Part shown: positions 37,623 to 48,103 of the stretch, piece by piece
Layout: the number at the start of each line of letters is the position of its first letter
How positions within the stretch are numbered: position 1 is the stretch's first letter
NCBI GenBank assembly: GCA_012735535.1
Contig: JAAYHC010000012.1
Location: 12,059-76,058, forward strand
DNA: 64,000 bases
DNA from: Bacillota bacterium
GTDB taxonomy: Bacteria; Bacillota; UBA5301
Direction of reading: 5' to 3'
Notes under the pieces: model-generated
Told to the model about the DNA's origin: nothing
Database searches by the model: none
What the model saw: the letters and a program-made list of their open reading frames with translations, nothing else
Made by a program: the position numbers and the translations under genes

Positions 37623-37786
37623 AGTCAAACACCTCCTTTTGCAGGCGGCTTGTCCTCTCTGAATAAATATATGTACCTTGGGGAATGCTTGTACCATGCC
37701 GAGAGCATCTTCTCCGGCGCAGGATTCCAGGGCTCGGACAGAGAACTCAACACTAAGCGGCAAATTTGTCCAACCAGGAGAGAAAA

Positions 37787-38330
37787 GATGCATATCATCC
37801 TGACGGGAGAACAACAGGTCGGAAAAACTACTCTCGCCTGGAAGCTGGGAAATGACCTCAGAGCGATAGGTTTTCGCACTGTAGGTTTTGTAACTCGTCA
37901 AGTCGACGACGGGCTGGTTTTACAAAACTTAGCCGGCGGTGAGCCGGTGCGCATCGCTTATACTGACCGTCCCGGTAAGGATATCAAACATACCCAAATT
38001 GGTCGTTACTTCTTCTTAGATGATGTACTACGTTTTGCCGGTCACATGCTGCGGTGGCCGGGTGATGTGTTGGTCGTTGATGAAATGGGGCTCTGGGAGG
38101 CCAGCGGCGGCGGATTGATCGATGCTTTTGACGAGATTAATTCGCGCGTCCCCCACTCCATAGTCGTAGTGAGGAAAAGCGTCTTGCCCCTCATCAAGTC
38201 TAATTATCACCGTGAGCCGATGGTTATCGAGGTCACCACTCGTAATCGAGAACAAGTCTATCATGCGGTTATGCATCGTTTTCGCCAGTTCCGCAATACA
38301 GAGGAGCTCGGCCGGATCAATTACCATTAG
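37787..38330 (+). CDS. P-loop NTPase (THEP1/DUF265-like nucleoside-triphosphatase)
   Basis: Walker A ILTGEQQVGKTT and Walker B VLVVDEMG, about 180 aa. RBS AGGAGAG. Confidence 0.6.
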
Positions 38331-38331
38331 C

Positions 38332-40188
38332 CTACTTTCGCTTTTTACCCTCCCGAAGGAGTAATTGTGCGGCTTCATCTGCCGCTTCTTTATTTTTTCC
38401 GATGATATACAAGACATCACCGGCTTCGAGAACAGTTTTCCCTGTCGGCACGATATGCTGGTTGCCTTCCCGTACGACCGTCAGGATCAAAGATTCCGTC
38501 GGCATGCGCAATTCGCGGATTGCCTTGCCGACCGCCGGACTGTCGCTTTTGAGCTGAATTTCCGTTACCGCCGAGTGAGTCTGGTCGTAGAGCAAGTGAA
38601 AAGCTCCCGGATGGTTAATGAGGTGGTTAACCAACATGATTAGGGCGGAGGTCGGGGCGATTGAGCGAACCCCGAGTTCTTGCAGGTCTTTGGTGCCGAT
38701 TTCACTGCTGCCGATAACCAGAATATCGGCGGGGGAGAAGTTCTCGCTGATCAGGCGGGCTAATCGGTAGTTGCTCTCGTCATCATCAGCGATAATCACC
38801 TTTGAACTCTCGTTGAGATCGAGCTGGGCCAGATCGGTAACGGTTGGAAAAGAGTCCGAGGTGACTTCGTAAGTCTTGACCGGCATACTGCCTGTTTCGA
38901 GTCCAGGGGTGATCGCTTGAATCTTTCGGGGGCTGCCGATGACGATCAGCGCCGGTTCCGGGGTTATTTTGCGCGGCAGCAGGTTATTAAAGAAGATCGG
39001 ACTCAGGATCGCGGTGATCAGAGCGGTCAAGATCAAGGCCCCGTTGAGTGCGGCATCAATAATGCCCAAGCGTAGACCGATAGCGGCCGCCGCAATGGTG
39101 AAACTGAGCTGGGCGGAGAGCAACGTACCTCCGGCGAAGGTTTCCCGCCAGGAAAAAGAGGTGCGTAGCAAGACGGCGGCAATGAGTTTAACTCCAAAGG
39201 CGAGAATGAGTAAGATCGGTACTAACCGAAGCGCTTCCCAAGACCCGAGCAGTGCCCAGAGATCAAACTCGACGCCGACCATAATAAAAAAGGCCGGAAT
39301 GAAGAAGCCATACCCAATTGCCTCCAGCTTGTGCTGCAGGTCAGGTTTATCATCGCGGGCAAGGACGGAGATGAGCGCTCCGGCCAAGAAAGAGCCTAAG
39401 ATTGCTTCGATACCGACGGACTCTGCAATGGCCATCAGGGCCAAGATCACTGCAAAGCTGAACCTCACGGTTACCTGGGAGGTTGCTTCCGGCAAGAAAT
39501 CGGTGATTTTTAGGGCGCGCAGACGTAAACCGATCTGGTAAGCCACCAAGAGGGCGAGCAAGAGAACTAACCCGAGGAGGAGTTTCAGAGAGTTGCCCCC
39601 GCTATATAGCGAAGCTAGAACCGCCACGGCGAGGATTGAGCCGAAGTCGGCGATTGAGGAGATGACGATTATGTTCTGCCCATAGGCGGTCTTTTCATAG
39701 TTCTGATCTTTGAGTACCGGCACAACTACTCCCAAAGAGACTGTGGCCATGATCAGGGCGATCAGCCAGGGTTCCTCCAGCAGACCCAAGCGTACCAAGT
39801 TGACCGAGGCGAGATAGCCCAAGCCGACTGCTAGGGTGAAGTATAAAACGGCCAAGAGGAGCGGCTGCCTTGCCAGTCCCCGGAGCTGAGGAGCATCGGA
39901 CGATTGTTTTTTCCGGCCCAAAACAACCTCGAAATCAAGCTCGAGACCGGACAAAAACATGAGATAGCCGAAGCCGAAAGTGGCTAAGAAGCTGACCCAA
40001 GGATCGTCGGTGCCCATGATGTTCAGGCCGCTTTTGCCGATGATAATCCCGGCGGCAATTTCGCCAATCATCGTCGGGATTCTAATTTTGCGAATGCGAG
40101 CCAGGCGGGCGGTGAAAACCGGTACCACAAAGGCGAGCAGACTGATTGTTAACAAGGGAATATAGCTTGCTGCGTGCAAAAAGACCAC
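38332..40188 (-). CDS. CPA2-family cation:proton antiporter with C-terminal RCK/TrkA-C domains
   Basis: About 12 TM Na+/H+ exchanger core plus a C-terminal soluble regulatory domain. Confidence 0.8.
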   Translation of the reverse strand: MVFLHAASYIPLLTISLLAFVVPVFTARLARIRKIRIPTMIGEIAAGIIIGKSGLNIMGTDDPWVSFLATFGFGYLMFLSGLELDFEVVLGRKKQSSDAPQLRGLARQPLLLAVLYFTLAVGLGYLASVNLVRLGLLEEPWLIALIMATVSLGVVVPVLKDQNYEKTAYGQNIIVISSIADFGSILAVAVLASLYSGGNSLKLLLGLVLLLALLVAYQIGLRLRALKITDFLPEATSQVTVRFSFAVILALMAIAESVGIEAILGSFLAGALISVLARDDKPDLQHKLEAIGYGFFIPAFFIMVGVEFDLWALLGSWEALRLVPILLILAFGVKLIAAVLLRTSFSWRETFAGGTLLSAQLSFTIAAAAIGLRLGIIDAALNGALILTALITAILSPIFFNNLLPRKITPEPALIVIGSPRKIQAITPGLETGSMPVKTYEVTSDSFPTVTDLAQLDLNESSKVIIADDDESNYRLARLISENFSPADILVIGSSEIGTKDLQELGVRSIAPTSALIMLVNHLINHPGAFHLLYDQTHSAVTEIQLKSDSPAVGKAIRELRMPTESLILTVVREGNQHIVPTGKTVLEAGDVLYIIGKNKEAADEAAQLLLREGKKRK

Positions 40189-40261
40189 CTCTTGTCCTAT
40201 TCTGGCAAGGGATTAGGTAGAGCATAACCGAATTGTCATGGCAAATCAAGGGGGCAAATTG

Positions 40262-41014
40262 ATGCACAAAGCTGTCTTGGTAGTTGCACATGGTTCATTA
40301 AGCGCTGAGTGGGAGAGGTTGCTCGGCGCGTGTCTTGCCGCGGCCGGCTTGCCGATGAGACTTGGCCAGGTCGCCGAATATAACGGACTGGGTTTGGTGA
40401 GCGTAGCCTTGTTGGATGCTGCTTTTAGCGAGATTGGGGCGGCGCTCGGTCGCCTAGCGGGCGGTGGTGCAACCGAGATCCGGATCGTCCCTTTGTTTGT
40501 CAGTGATTTCAGTTCCCATCTTGCTGCGCTCGCTTCGTTTTGCACCAATTATCCCGGCGTATCGCTCGGACAGGCGCTCAATGATCATCCCTTGGTGCTG
40601 CGGATCTTACAAGACCGCTATCTGGCCTGCGCTCCCGCGGACGGAGTGACGGAGACTGCGGTGGTTTTAATCGGCCATGGCACGGCCGACCCGGAGCTGC
40701 AAGCACCTTGGGGCGAATGGGCCTCCCGAACCGCTGCAGCGCTCCGCCGGCTTTTGAGTGCTCGTTCCCAGCTGCAAGAAGTACTGGTTGCTTCCTTGCA
40801 ACCGGATAATTTGCGGGAAACGGTCATGCAGTGCATCTCCAACGGGTGGCGACCAATCCTCTTGCCGCTTCTTTTGGCCGATGGAGTTATTACGCGGCAA
40901 GTCATTCCCCAAAAATTAACCGGGCTCCCCTATGTATTAGGGAGCCCTTACCTGCCACATAGTTTGGTCGCTGAGTGGGTGCGTACGCAAATCAGCGCGT
41001 ATCTTGCGGACTAG
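40262..41014 (+). CDS. cbiX: CbiX-type sirohydrochlorin chelatase-like protein (two-domain)
   Basis: Two repeated halves, each with a His-Gly-Ser/Thr motif (VLVVAHGS, VVLIGHGT). Confidence 0.55.
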   Translation: MHKAVLVVAHGSLSAEWERLLGACLAAAGLPMRLGQVAEYNGLGLVSVALLDAAFSEIGAALGRLAGGGATEIRIVPLFVSDFSSHLAALASFCTNYPGVSLGQALNDHPLVLRILQDRYLACAPADGVTETAVVLIGHGTADPELQAPWGEWASRTAAALRRLLSARSQLQEVLVASLQPDNLRETVMQCISNGWRPILLPLLLADGVITRQVIPQKLTGLPYVLGSPYLPHSLVAEWVRTQISAYLAD

Positions 41015-41576
41015 TCGGCCGGTCGGTCCGGTTATCTCGGCCCCTGGTGGTTTCATAGCCGGCACTTTGCCAGGCGCGGAAGCCATCACGCAGGCTTTTT
41101 GACTGATACTCGGCGATGTTGAGAGCAGCCGCGGCCATGCCGGCAGTTTGCCCGGTTTCACAAACAACAATGATCTGCTGATCTTGGGCTAACTCATCCA
41201 TCCTGGCACCGAGCTCGTCAAAGGGGATGTTGATCGCGCCATCGATGTGGGCTTGGGCGAATTCACCGGGACTGCGGATATCGATAACTTGGCAGCGCCC
41301 TTCGCTGAGCATTCTGCGTAGCTCCTCGGCGGAGACCAGATATTCATCCGGCGGAAGGTTTTTGAAGAAAGCGGATGCTCCTTGCCGGAGGTGGAGTTTC
41401 CTACTCTCCTGCGCTTGTGATTCAAAGGAAATGTTTTGGCCGGGTGGCGGGGAGGACCGGTCGCTGATGTTGGTCGTATTATTGGGACAACCCGTAAGAC
41501 CGGTTAAGAGCGTGGCAAAGACAATCAGGCAAGCGATTAACGTCCAGCGCGGCAGAGCGTTCTTCTTTGTACGCAT
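40992..41576 (-). CDS. Rhodanese-domain lipoprotein
   Basis: Lipobox LTGC. Rhodanese fold with the active-site loop CETGQTAG. Confidence 0.65.
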   Translation of the reverse strand: MRTKKNALPRWTLIACLIVFATLLTGLTGCPNNTTNISDRSSPPPGQNISFESQAQESRKLHLRQGASAFFKNLPPDEYLVSAEELRRMLSEGRCQVIDIRSPGEFAQAHIDGAINIPFDELGARMDELAQDQQIIVVCETGQTAGMAAAALNIAEYQSKSLRDGFRAWQSAGYETTRGRDNRTDRPTSPQDTR

Positions 41577-41698
41577 GAGCTGGGATCCTCCTTTCTCGCC
41601 TTAGTTTTTCACGGCTAGGGGAGGTAGTTGTAACCATTTTTTCCCTTCCTAGCTGGGAAAATAGTCCTATTGTCCTAGAGGGAAAAGAGATTTAGCTT

Positions 41699-42982
41699 TT
41701 GAATAAATACATTATAAATGTTCTGGAAGCCAGTCTAGAAATCGTGCTGTTTCATTTTTTCCAAGGTTTTTCGAAATGGACGGTGTACTCGATGAAGCCT
41801 GCCGAACCTAAACTATACCTGGGAAATCTGTTAGCTTCTCTTTCGTTGGCTTTTGACCTCCAGGAGAGTAGTCAGCTGGAACACCATCGACGGACGGCAT
41901 ATATCGCTGAACGCATCGGTGAAGAATATGGTTTGGACTTTGACAGGCTTCAAAACCTCTTTTATGCAGCAATGCTGCATGATATCGGTACTACCGAGTA
42001 CTCCGGGATCGACGATGATGATACTCAGTTTAGAGAGCATCCCGCCAAAGGTGCTGAAATCCTAAAATCTTTACCCTATTTAGACAGCGCCTCCGATATG
42101 GTTCTCTATCATCACGAACGAGTAGACGGTCTGGGCTATCCTTTCGGCTTGACCAAGTCCGAGTTTCCGGTTGAGTCGCAGATCATTGGCTTAGCCTCTG
42201 CGATCGAGAAAATCTTTGCCTTTGCCGAACGTAATTCGGATGCCCTTGATCCGATGGTCATGATTGAGCATCGGTTGGAACTCGGCGAGGGTTCGGAATT
42301 TGATCAAGAAGTTGTTGCCGCTGCCAGATCACTCTTCAAGCAAACAAGGTTCTGGCTTGATCTGGAAGAGCGCAACCTTAATCGGGTGATTGAGCGCCTG
42401 GCCAGCCGGTATGACCGTTGCATCTCTTCGAGTGATCTTAATCAGATCGGGGAAGTCTTCGCCAAGCTGATCGACGGCAAAAGTCCGTATACCGCCAACC
42501 ACAGTATTGAGGTGGCTTTTTATTCCGTCAAAGTCGGTAAGGCCATGGGGCTAAGCGGTGAAGTTTTGGTTAAACTGCATCTTGCCGGCTTGTTGCATGA
42601 CCTAGGCAAACTCGGTGTCCCCAACCGGATCCTCAACAAACCCGGACCGTTGACCGAACGGGAAATGAACGTTATAAAAGCTCATCCTTACTACACCGAG
42701 CAGATTCTTTCGGATATTAAGGGTCTTGATGAGATTACTCGTTGGGCTTCGATGCACCATGAAAAGCTCGACGGCTCCGGTTATCACTCGGGCTGTCACA
42801 GCACGGAAATTCCCTTTGAGGCGAGGATAATCGCGGTGAGCGATGCTTTCCAGGCGATGGTGGCGGACCGCCCCTATCGGGCAGGACTACCCATCGAACG
42901 CGCTTTTGAGCTTTTACATGAAGGTGTGGCCGCTGGGGTCTGGGATTATGATGTTGTCCGGACCTTACGGAATATTATCTAA
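41699..42982 (+). CDS. Tandem HD-GYP domain protein (c-di-GMP phosphodiesterase family)
   Basis: Domain 1: HDIGTTEY ... HHERVDGLGYP. Domain 2: HDLGKLGVP ... HHEKLDGSGYH. The start may be TTG at 41699 or ATG at 41792. Confidence 0.75.
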   Translation: MNKYIINVLEASLEIVLFHFFQGFSKWTVYSMKPAEPKLYLGNLLASLSLAFDLQESSQLEHHRRTAYIAERIGEEYGLDFDRLQNLFYAAMLHDIGTTEYSGIDDDDTQFREHPAKGAEILKSLPYLDSASDMVLYHHERVDGLGYPFGLTKSEFPVESQIIGLASAIEKIFAFAERNSDALDPMVMIEHRLELGEGSEFDQEVVAAARSLFKQTRFWLDLEERNLNRVIERLASRYDRCISSSDLNQIGEVFAKLIDGKSPYTANHSIEVAFYSVKVGKAMGLSGEVLVKLHLAGLLHDLGKLGVPNRILNKPGPLTEREMNVIKAHPYYTEQILSDIKGLDEITRWASMHHEKLDGSGYHSGCHSTEIPFEARIIAVSDAFQAMVADRPYRAGLPIERAFELLHEGVAAGVWDYDVVRTLRNII

Positions 42983-44710
42983 GTCAACCAGCCGGGCTCT
43001 GCCGGTGATCGGGTCTCTAACCGAATAGTCCGCCAAAACCCGCTTGACGTGCTCGCCTGTCGTGGTGAGGATCAACCGGGTTTTTTTGCTGATCTCTCGG
43101 GCTCTCATGCCGGCATAGTGAGGCAGAACAGCGGCAATAAACGCGGGGTCCTGAACGAGTTCGTGGTGCAGTTTTTTGACCTCCTCGGTTTCTTTCTGCC
43201 CGGTCCAAGCAGGTAGATCCAAATATTGTTCTGATGCAACGAAATCGAGTGTTAATCGGGTGAGCGCTTGGGCATCCAAGAGTTCGGCCTCGGCGAGGAA
43301 CCGGTATAAGTACTCATAATAATCGCCGGACTTGTGCCTTTCCCGGTACAGACCGTTCTTGACCCACCAGCGAGCCAACTCGGCATAAAAGCCGAAGGCC
43401 GAGCCCTCAAAGCAATAATCACTGATGTACTTGGTTGTTTCCAGAAAACGTCCGGTATTGTGATAGATCTCGACCAGCTCGGCAATACGCTTTAACTGCC
43501 ACAGTTCGGCATAGGACAGAGTCGGGGTCTGCAGAATCTCATAGGGCGGCTCGTGGCGGTAAATGAGGCCGAATTGGGCGGCTTGGCGCTGAATCGGCGT
43601 GCCGGGCAATACTTTGAGAAAACCCAGTTGGATGTGGTGTGGGTTCATCGCCCAGACCGCGTCAAAGGAGCGAGCGATGCTATCCAGGGTTTCCAATGGT
43701 AAACCGGCGATCAGGTCGAGGTGGAGGTGGATATTGCCGACCGCGGCGAGTCGGCGGATGTTTGCGGCGATTTGACCGATGCGATTGGGACGGCCGATAG
43801 CCGCCAGTACCTCCGGGTTCGTACTCTGTACGCCGACCTCAAATTGAAACTTGCCGGGTGGGGCTTGGGCCAGGAGGTGTAGTGAGTCTTCATCCAGCAG
43901 GTCGGCGCCGATTTCAAAGTGGAACCTGGTCTCCGGCCCAGTGGCGGCGATCAGATACTGCCAGATTTGGCGGGCCCGTTCCGGCCGGCAGTTGAAGGTG
44001 CGATCGACGAACTTGACCAGTCCTATGCCGGCCTGGACAAACCGGTCGATCTCCCTGGCTACCCTATCGACCGGGAGAAAGCGCAGGTGATGATCTTCTG
44101 CGGAGAGGCAGTAGGCGCAGCGATAGGGACAGCCCCGCGAAGATTCGTAATAGACGATTTTTCCTTTAAGTGAGTCTAAGTCGGCCGATGTATAGGGAAA
44201 TGGCAGCAGGTTCAGATCCGGTTGGTTGAGAGCCTGTTCGAGCGGGTTGGCTATAATCTCTCCCGCGGCGTCCCGATAGACCAAACCGGGGATCTGCGTA
44301 TAATCCCGATCGGTACGGATGGCCCGGAGCAGTTGCCCGAAGGTTAACTCCCCTTCACCTTGGAGGATGAAATCAACGGCCGGCTCGGCGGTCAGCGTGT
44401 CAATAGCCAGATGACCGACTTCCGGACCGCCGAGTATAATCTGAACCTGGGGAGCGATTTTCTTTAACGAACCGACCAGGCTCATGACTTTGGAGCGATT
44501 CCAAATATAGCAGGAGATTCCGACGATCTCGGCCTCGGCGCGGTAGACTTCCCCCAAGATGTACTCATCGGTTTGGTTGATGTTGAATTCGCAGATCTCT
44601 ACGGTATCGGCCAACTCCGGCGCTGTTAGCGTCAGGCTGTTTTTGAGCGCATAGACGGCCGGATTGCTATGGCTAAAGCGGGCATTAATTGCCACTAACA
44701 ATACTTTCAA
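42965..44710 (-). CDS. B12-binding radical SAM protein (DUF4080 class)
   Basis: N-terminal cobalamin-binding domain. CxxxCxxC as CPYRCAYC. C-terminal DUF4080-like region. TTG start after GGGGGA. Confidence 0.75.
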   Translation of the reverse strand: MKVLLVAINARFSHSNPAVYALKNSLTLTAPELADTVEICEFNINQTDEYILGEVYRAEAEIVGISCYIWNRSKVMSLVGSLKKIAPQVQIILGGPEVGHLAIDTLTAEPAVDFILQGEGELTFGQLLRAIRTDRDYTQIPGLVYRDAAGEIIANPLEQALNQPDLNLLPFPYTSADLDSLKGKIVYYESSRGCPYRCAYCLSAEDHHLRFLPVDRVAREIDRFVQAGIGLVKFVDRTFNCRPERARQIWQYLIAATGPETRFHFEIGADLLDEDSLHLLAQAPPGKFQFEVGVQSTNPEVLAAIGRPNRIGQIAANIRRLAAVGNIHLHLDLIAGLPLETLDSIARSFDAVWAMNPHHIQLGFLKVLPGTPIQRQAAQFGLIYRHEPPYEILQTPTLSYAELWQLKRIAELVEIYHNTGRFLETTKYISDYCFEGSAFGFYAELARWWVKNGLYRERHKSGDYYEYLYRFLAEAELLDAQALTRLTLDFVASEQYLDLPAWTGQKETEEVKKLHHELVQDPAFIAAVLPHYAGMRAREISKKTRLILTTTGEHVKRVLADYSVRDPITGRARLVDLDNIP

Positions 44711-44935
44711 CAATCTTCCCCCGTTAACAAAAAAAATTTCTCTTTGAGCAGGAATTTTAACATAAACCGTGAAATATATCACTAAAAGCCGAAAGGAACC
44801 CCTTCTACTGGCTTGCTTGAACTCCTTTCTGTTGGGCCTGGTGCTTGAGCATGATCCCACTTGAGTACCGGGCCATTTTTTTGCGACAAGCAGGTGGAAC
44901 CCGGTGGTTGGGGAACTATTACTTGTGGTGATCAC

Positions 44936-47323
44936 ATGCCTAGCTTAATCGCTATCATTTACTTTATTCCAATTATCATCACCCTCCAGGCCGGGGTCTT
45001 TATCTATTTCGCCGGTAGACAGAACTACCTTAATAGGGTCTTCTTTCTGCTTAGTGTGCTCATTGTCCTCTGGAACATCGAAGGGTTGGCTGTCGGGCTA
45101 GCCGCCCCCTGGCGAAATCTCATCACTCTCGGCGGCCTTTTACTGCCGGTTGCTTTTTTGCAGTTCAGCTTTGGTTTACTAAAATACTCAACCAGCCGCA
45201 CGAGAGCCATCGTTTTTATCGGCTACTTTTGGGCCGGTCTGCTCTTCATTACCGGAATCTCACCCCTGGCCTTGCTGAGAGATTACTTCCAGTCCGGGTT
45301 TTCCGGCTCAAACAGCACGGCGATCTTTCTGTATTTGGCCTATTTTATCTCCTATACGTTAGTAGCAGAAATCCTTCTTTTACAGGCGGTCTGGCAAAAA
45401 CGCGGTGATCCGAACGCTGTCCGCTATCTGCTGGTAGCGGTAGCCGCGTTGGCGGCGATCATCGGCGGGATTTTGCAGGCCGGCTTAGTCAGTTCGCCCA
45501 TTCGCTGCTGGCTGTGCAGCCTGATTAACCTCGCCTATGTATTGGTCATGGGCTGGGCAATTTGGCGGTATGAAGTCTTAGAAGTCAGTCCAAGGCTGCG
45601 GATCACCAATGTCTATTCAATCGTGATCACTCTGGTCCTACTTGTCTATCTGGTCATCGTCCAGCTGCTGAGCGCTCTGCTGCCGTTTCCCCAGCTCAAC
45701 CCCATGTGGATGGGATTGCTGGCCACCCTGATCGTGGGACCGCTTTTTTACCCTTTGCGCGTGATGCTGGTAAATATAGTGAAAAAATACTTTCCCTTGA
45801 CGCAAGATATCTACTATGATAAAATGCGCACTTTTTCACAAGAGTTGGCCAACCTGGTGCCCCTCGAAGATGTGGCGACCAAAATTCTGACCTTTATCAG
45901 TGAGGTTTTTGATGTTCGCCACGCCGAGCTGGTCGTCGGCGGTTCAAACGGGGTTTTGCACTGCTGGCGGCTTTCCCGCGAGAAAGAACTCAAAATTGTC
46001 GCCGGAAGCTTTGATTATCCAGGCGTATGCCTTTATGGCATGGAGCAGGTCATTACGGTGCCCATCGGTTCACGGGAGAAAACGGTGGGTTGGCTTAAAT
46101 TGGGGGAGTCCGGCCGCGGCCCCTTGAGCAAGGATGACTGTGATTTGCTCAGATCTTTTCTGGGCCAAGCGGGCACAGCCCTCCACAACGCACTGCTTTT
46201 TTCCGAACTGACCGGTCTCATCCGTCATTACGAGGCTCTGCTCGCCGGCACGATTAACGGGGTGATGGTCTTGGATGAGCGGCTCCGGATCATTACGATC
46301 AACCCGGTGGCGGCCAGGATGTTTGGGGTTGATGCCGAAGAGGCGGTACATCGCCACTTAGCGGAGCTTCCCGGAGCGCAAATCTTGGAGCAGCTGATTG
46401 ACCGACTCAAACAAGGCGACCAACCTGCTCCGAATACCGAAGGATATATCGGGCCGGTGGACGCTAAAGTGCCGGTGCAGATCAATGTATTTGCTTTTAG
46501 TGAAAATGAAGATACGGATACGCCGCCCTCCATCATCATAGTCATGGCCGATTTGACCGAGCGCAAAGAGACGGAGAAGCATTTACGCCGAACCGAACGG
46601 CTGGCCGCAATGGGCCGCTTGACTACCGGTCTGGCCCATGAACTGCGTAACGGTTTGAACAAGATCGGCGGCTTTGCCGCGATCTTAGAGGACCTCACTG
46701 CAGAACAGCCGGATCTGGCTTACTATGCCAAAGGTATTCAAGAGGATGTGCAGGATCTGGCCGATTTTCTTAATAAGTTCCTCGCTTTCGCTCGGGAGCG
46801 CGACTACAATCTGGCCAGGGTAAAGCTCGTCGATATTCTGCAACGCGATTTAGCTACCTTGCAACGGGAACTTACCGAGACCCGGGTCAAGCTGGTGGAG
46901 GAATATCAAAGTGAAGCAGAGGTGCTGGGCGATCGTCACCTGCTGGGTTTGGCCTTTTTTAACCTGCTGATTAATGCGATTCAAGCCTTAGCCGGGAGGG
47001 AAGGAGGTGTGATCACCGTACGGGTCTATGAACGAGGCTCCTCGTGTTTTGTTGAGATAGAAGATAACGGGCCGGGGATTCCGGCGGTAAAGCAAGAGTT
47101 AATCTTCGATCCGTTTTATACCACGAAGGAGTCCGGAACCGGGTTGGGCTTGCCAACGGCGTACAAAGTTGTTATCGGTCACAACGGTAAGCTTAGCCTG
47201 AAAAGTGAGGTCGGAGAAGGTACGCTCTTTACCATCGAGTTGCCAAAATACACCGAAAATACTCCTGACAGCTTTATCAGATCGGAGGCGGTAACAGATG
47301 AAGATACGGGCGGTTATAGTTGA
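44936..47323 (+). CDS. Sensor histidine kinase (7TM receptor - GAF - PAS - HisKA - HATPase)
   Basis: About 7 N-terminal TM helices. H-box HELRNGLN, N-box NLLINAIQA and G-boxes DNGPGIP and GTGLGL. Confidence 0.8.
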   Translation: MPSLIAIIYFIPIIITLQAGVFIYFAGRQNYLNRVFFLLSVLIVLWNIEGLAVGLAAPWRNLITLGGLLLPVAFLQFSFGLLKYSTSRTRAIVFIGYFWAGLLFITGISPLALLRDYFQSGFSGSNSTAIFLYLAYFISYTLVAEILLLQAVWQKRGDPNAVRYLLVAVAALAAIIGGILQAGLVSSPIRCWLCSLINLAYVLVMGWAIWRYEVLEVSPRLRITNVYSIVITLVLLVYLVIVQLLSALLPFPQLNPMWMGLLATLIVGPLFYPLRVMLVNIVKKYFPLTQDIYYDKMRTFSQELANLVPLEDVATKILTFISEVFDVRHAELVVGGSNGVLHCWRLSREKELKIVAGSFDYPGVCLYGMEQVITVPIGSREKTVGWLKLGESGRGPLSKDDCDLLRSFLGQAGTALHNALLFSELTGLIRHYEALLAGTINGVMVLDERLRIITINPVAARMFGVDAEEAVHRHLAELPGAQILEQLIDRLKQGDQPAPNTEGYIGPVDAKVPVQINVFAFSENEDTDTPPSIIIVMADLTERKETEKHLRRTERLAAMGRLTTGLAHELRNGLNKIGGFAAILEDLTAEQPDLAYYAKGIQEDVQDLADFLNKFLAFARERDYNLARVKLVDILQRDLATLQRELTETRVKLVEEYQSEAEVLGDRHLLGLAFFNLLINAIQALAGREGGVITVRVYERGSSCFVEIEDNGPGIPAVKQELIFDPFYTTKESGTGLGLPTAYKVVIGHNGKLSLKSEVGEGTLFTIELPKYTENTPDSFIRSEAVTDEDTGGYS

Positions 47324-48077
47324 TGATGAGCCTAAAGCCAGGGAGGTACTGCGTCATTTTTTGAGCAAACATCCGGAGATAAGAGTCATCGGTGAGGGCT
47401 CGACGGGCAAAGATGCGGTCAAACTGGCTGATGAGCTTGACCCTGATGTGCTTTTTTTGGACGTGAAGATGCCGGAGATCGATGGTTTGTCGGCAGCTCG
47501 GATCATTGCTAGCAGCCCTGATGCGCCGAAATTCATCTTTACGACGGCCTTTGAGGAACATGCGGTTGATGCTTTTGAGGTGGAGGCAGTTGATTATCTG
47601 GTCAAACCATATACCGCATCCCGGGTGAATATGGCGGTAGAGCGACTTGTGCAGCGCCTGCAAGCCGAGGTCCAAAATGACCTGATGCTTCAGGAACTGG
47701 TTGAAAGGGTGCGTCCGGTAACTCCGCGCCGGATTCCGTTTGATGTTGTGGGACAGACGGGGGAGAAGGTGACAGTTTTCGTTAACGAGGATCATATTTT
47801 ATTTGTCGAGGCCCAGGGCCACCGGACGCGCATTGTCACGATCCAGTCGGAGATCGAGGTTGCGGCTAATTTAGGTGAGGTGGAAAACTGGCTGGATAAC
47901 CGGGTCTTTTTTAAGAGTCACCGCAGCTATCTGGTCAATTTGCACCGGGTCACCGCCGTCAAAACTACCGGCCGAACCTTTGGTATTGCCCTAGAAGGAG
48001 GGCAAAAGTATGGGCTGATCCCTCTGAGTAGAGGGAGAGTAGATGAGCTGAAAGAGCTGTTATCCATGGCCAAGTAA
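47298..48077 (+). CDS. LytTR-family response regulator
   Basis: Receiver domain (VIVDDEP...D54-like DVLFLDVKMP) plus a C-terminal LytTR DNA-binding domain. Overlaps the kinase stop. Confidence 0.85.
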   Translation: MKIRAVIVDDEPKAREVLRHFLSKHPEIRVIGEGSTGKDAVKLADELDPDVLFLDVKMPEIDGLSAARIIASSPDAPKFIFTTAFEEHAVDAFEVEAVDYLVKPYTASRVNMAVERLVQRLQAEVQNDLMLQELVERVRPVTPRRIPFDVVGQTGEKVTVFVNEDHILFVEAQGHRTRIVTIQSEIEVAANLGEVENWLDNRVFFKSHRSYLVNLHRVTAVKTTGRTFGIALEGGQKYGLIPLSRGRVDELKELLSMAK

Positions 48078-48103
48078 CAGCATTATGTGGAGGGAGTGGC
48101 ACA

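Noticed and set aside
37622-37901. 5' extension of the 288-aa minus-strand ORF (MTSYKTYSAK...)
   Set aside because: It overlaps the divergent NTPase gene. A strong RBS supports the internal ATG at 37622 instead.
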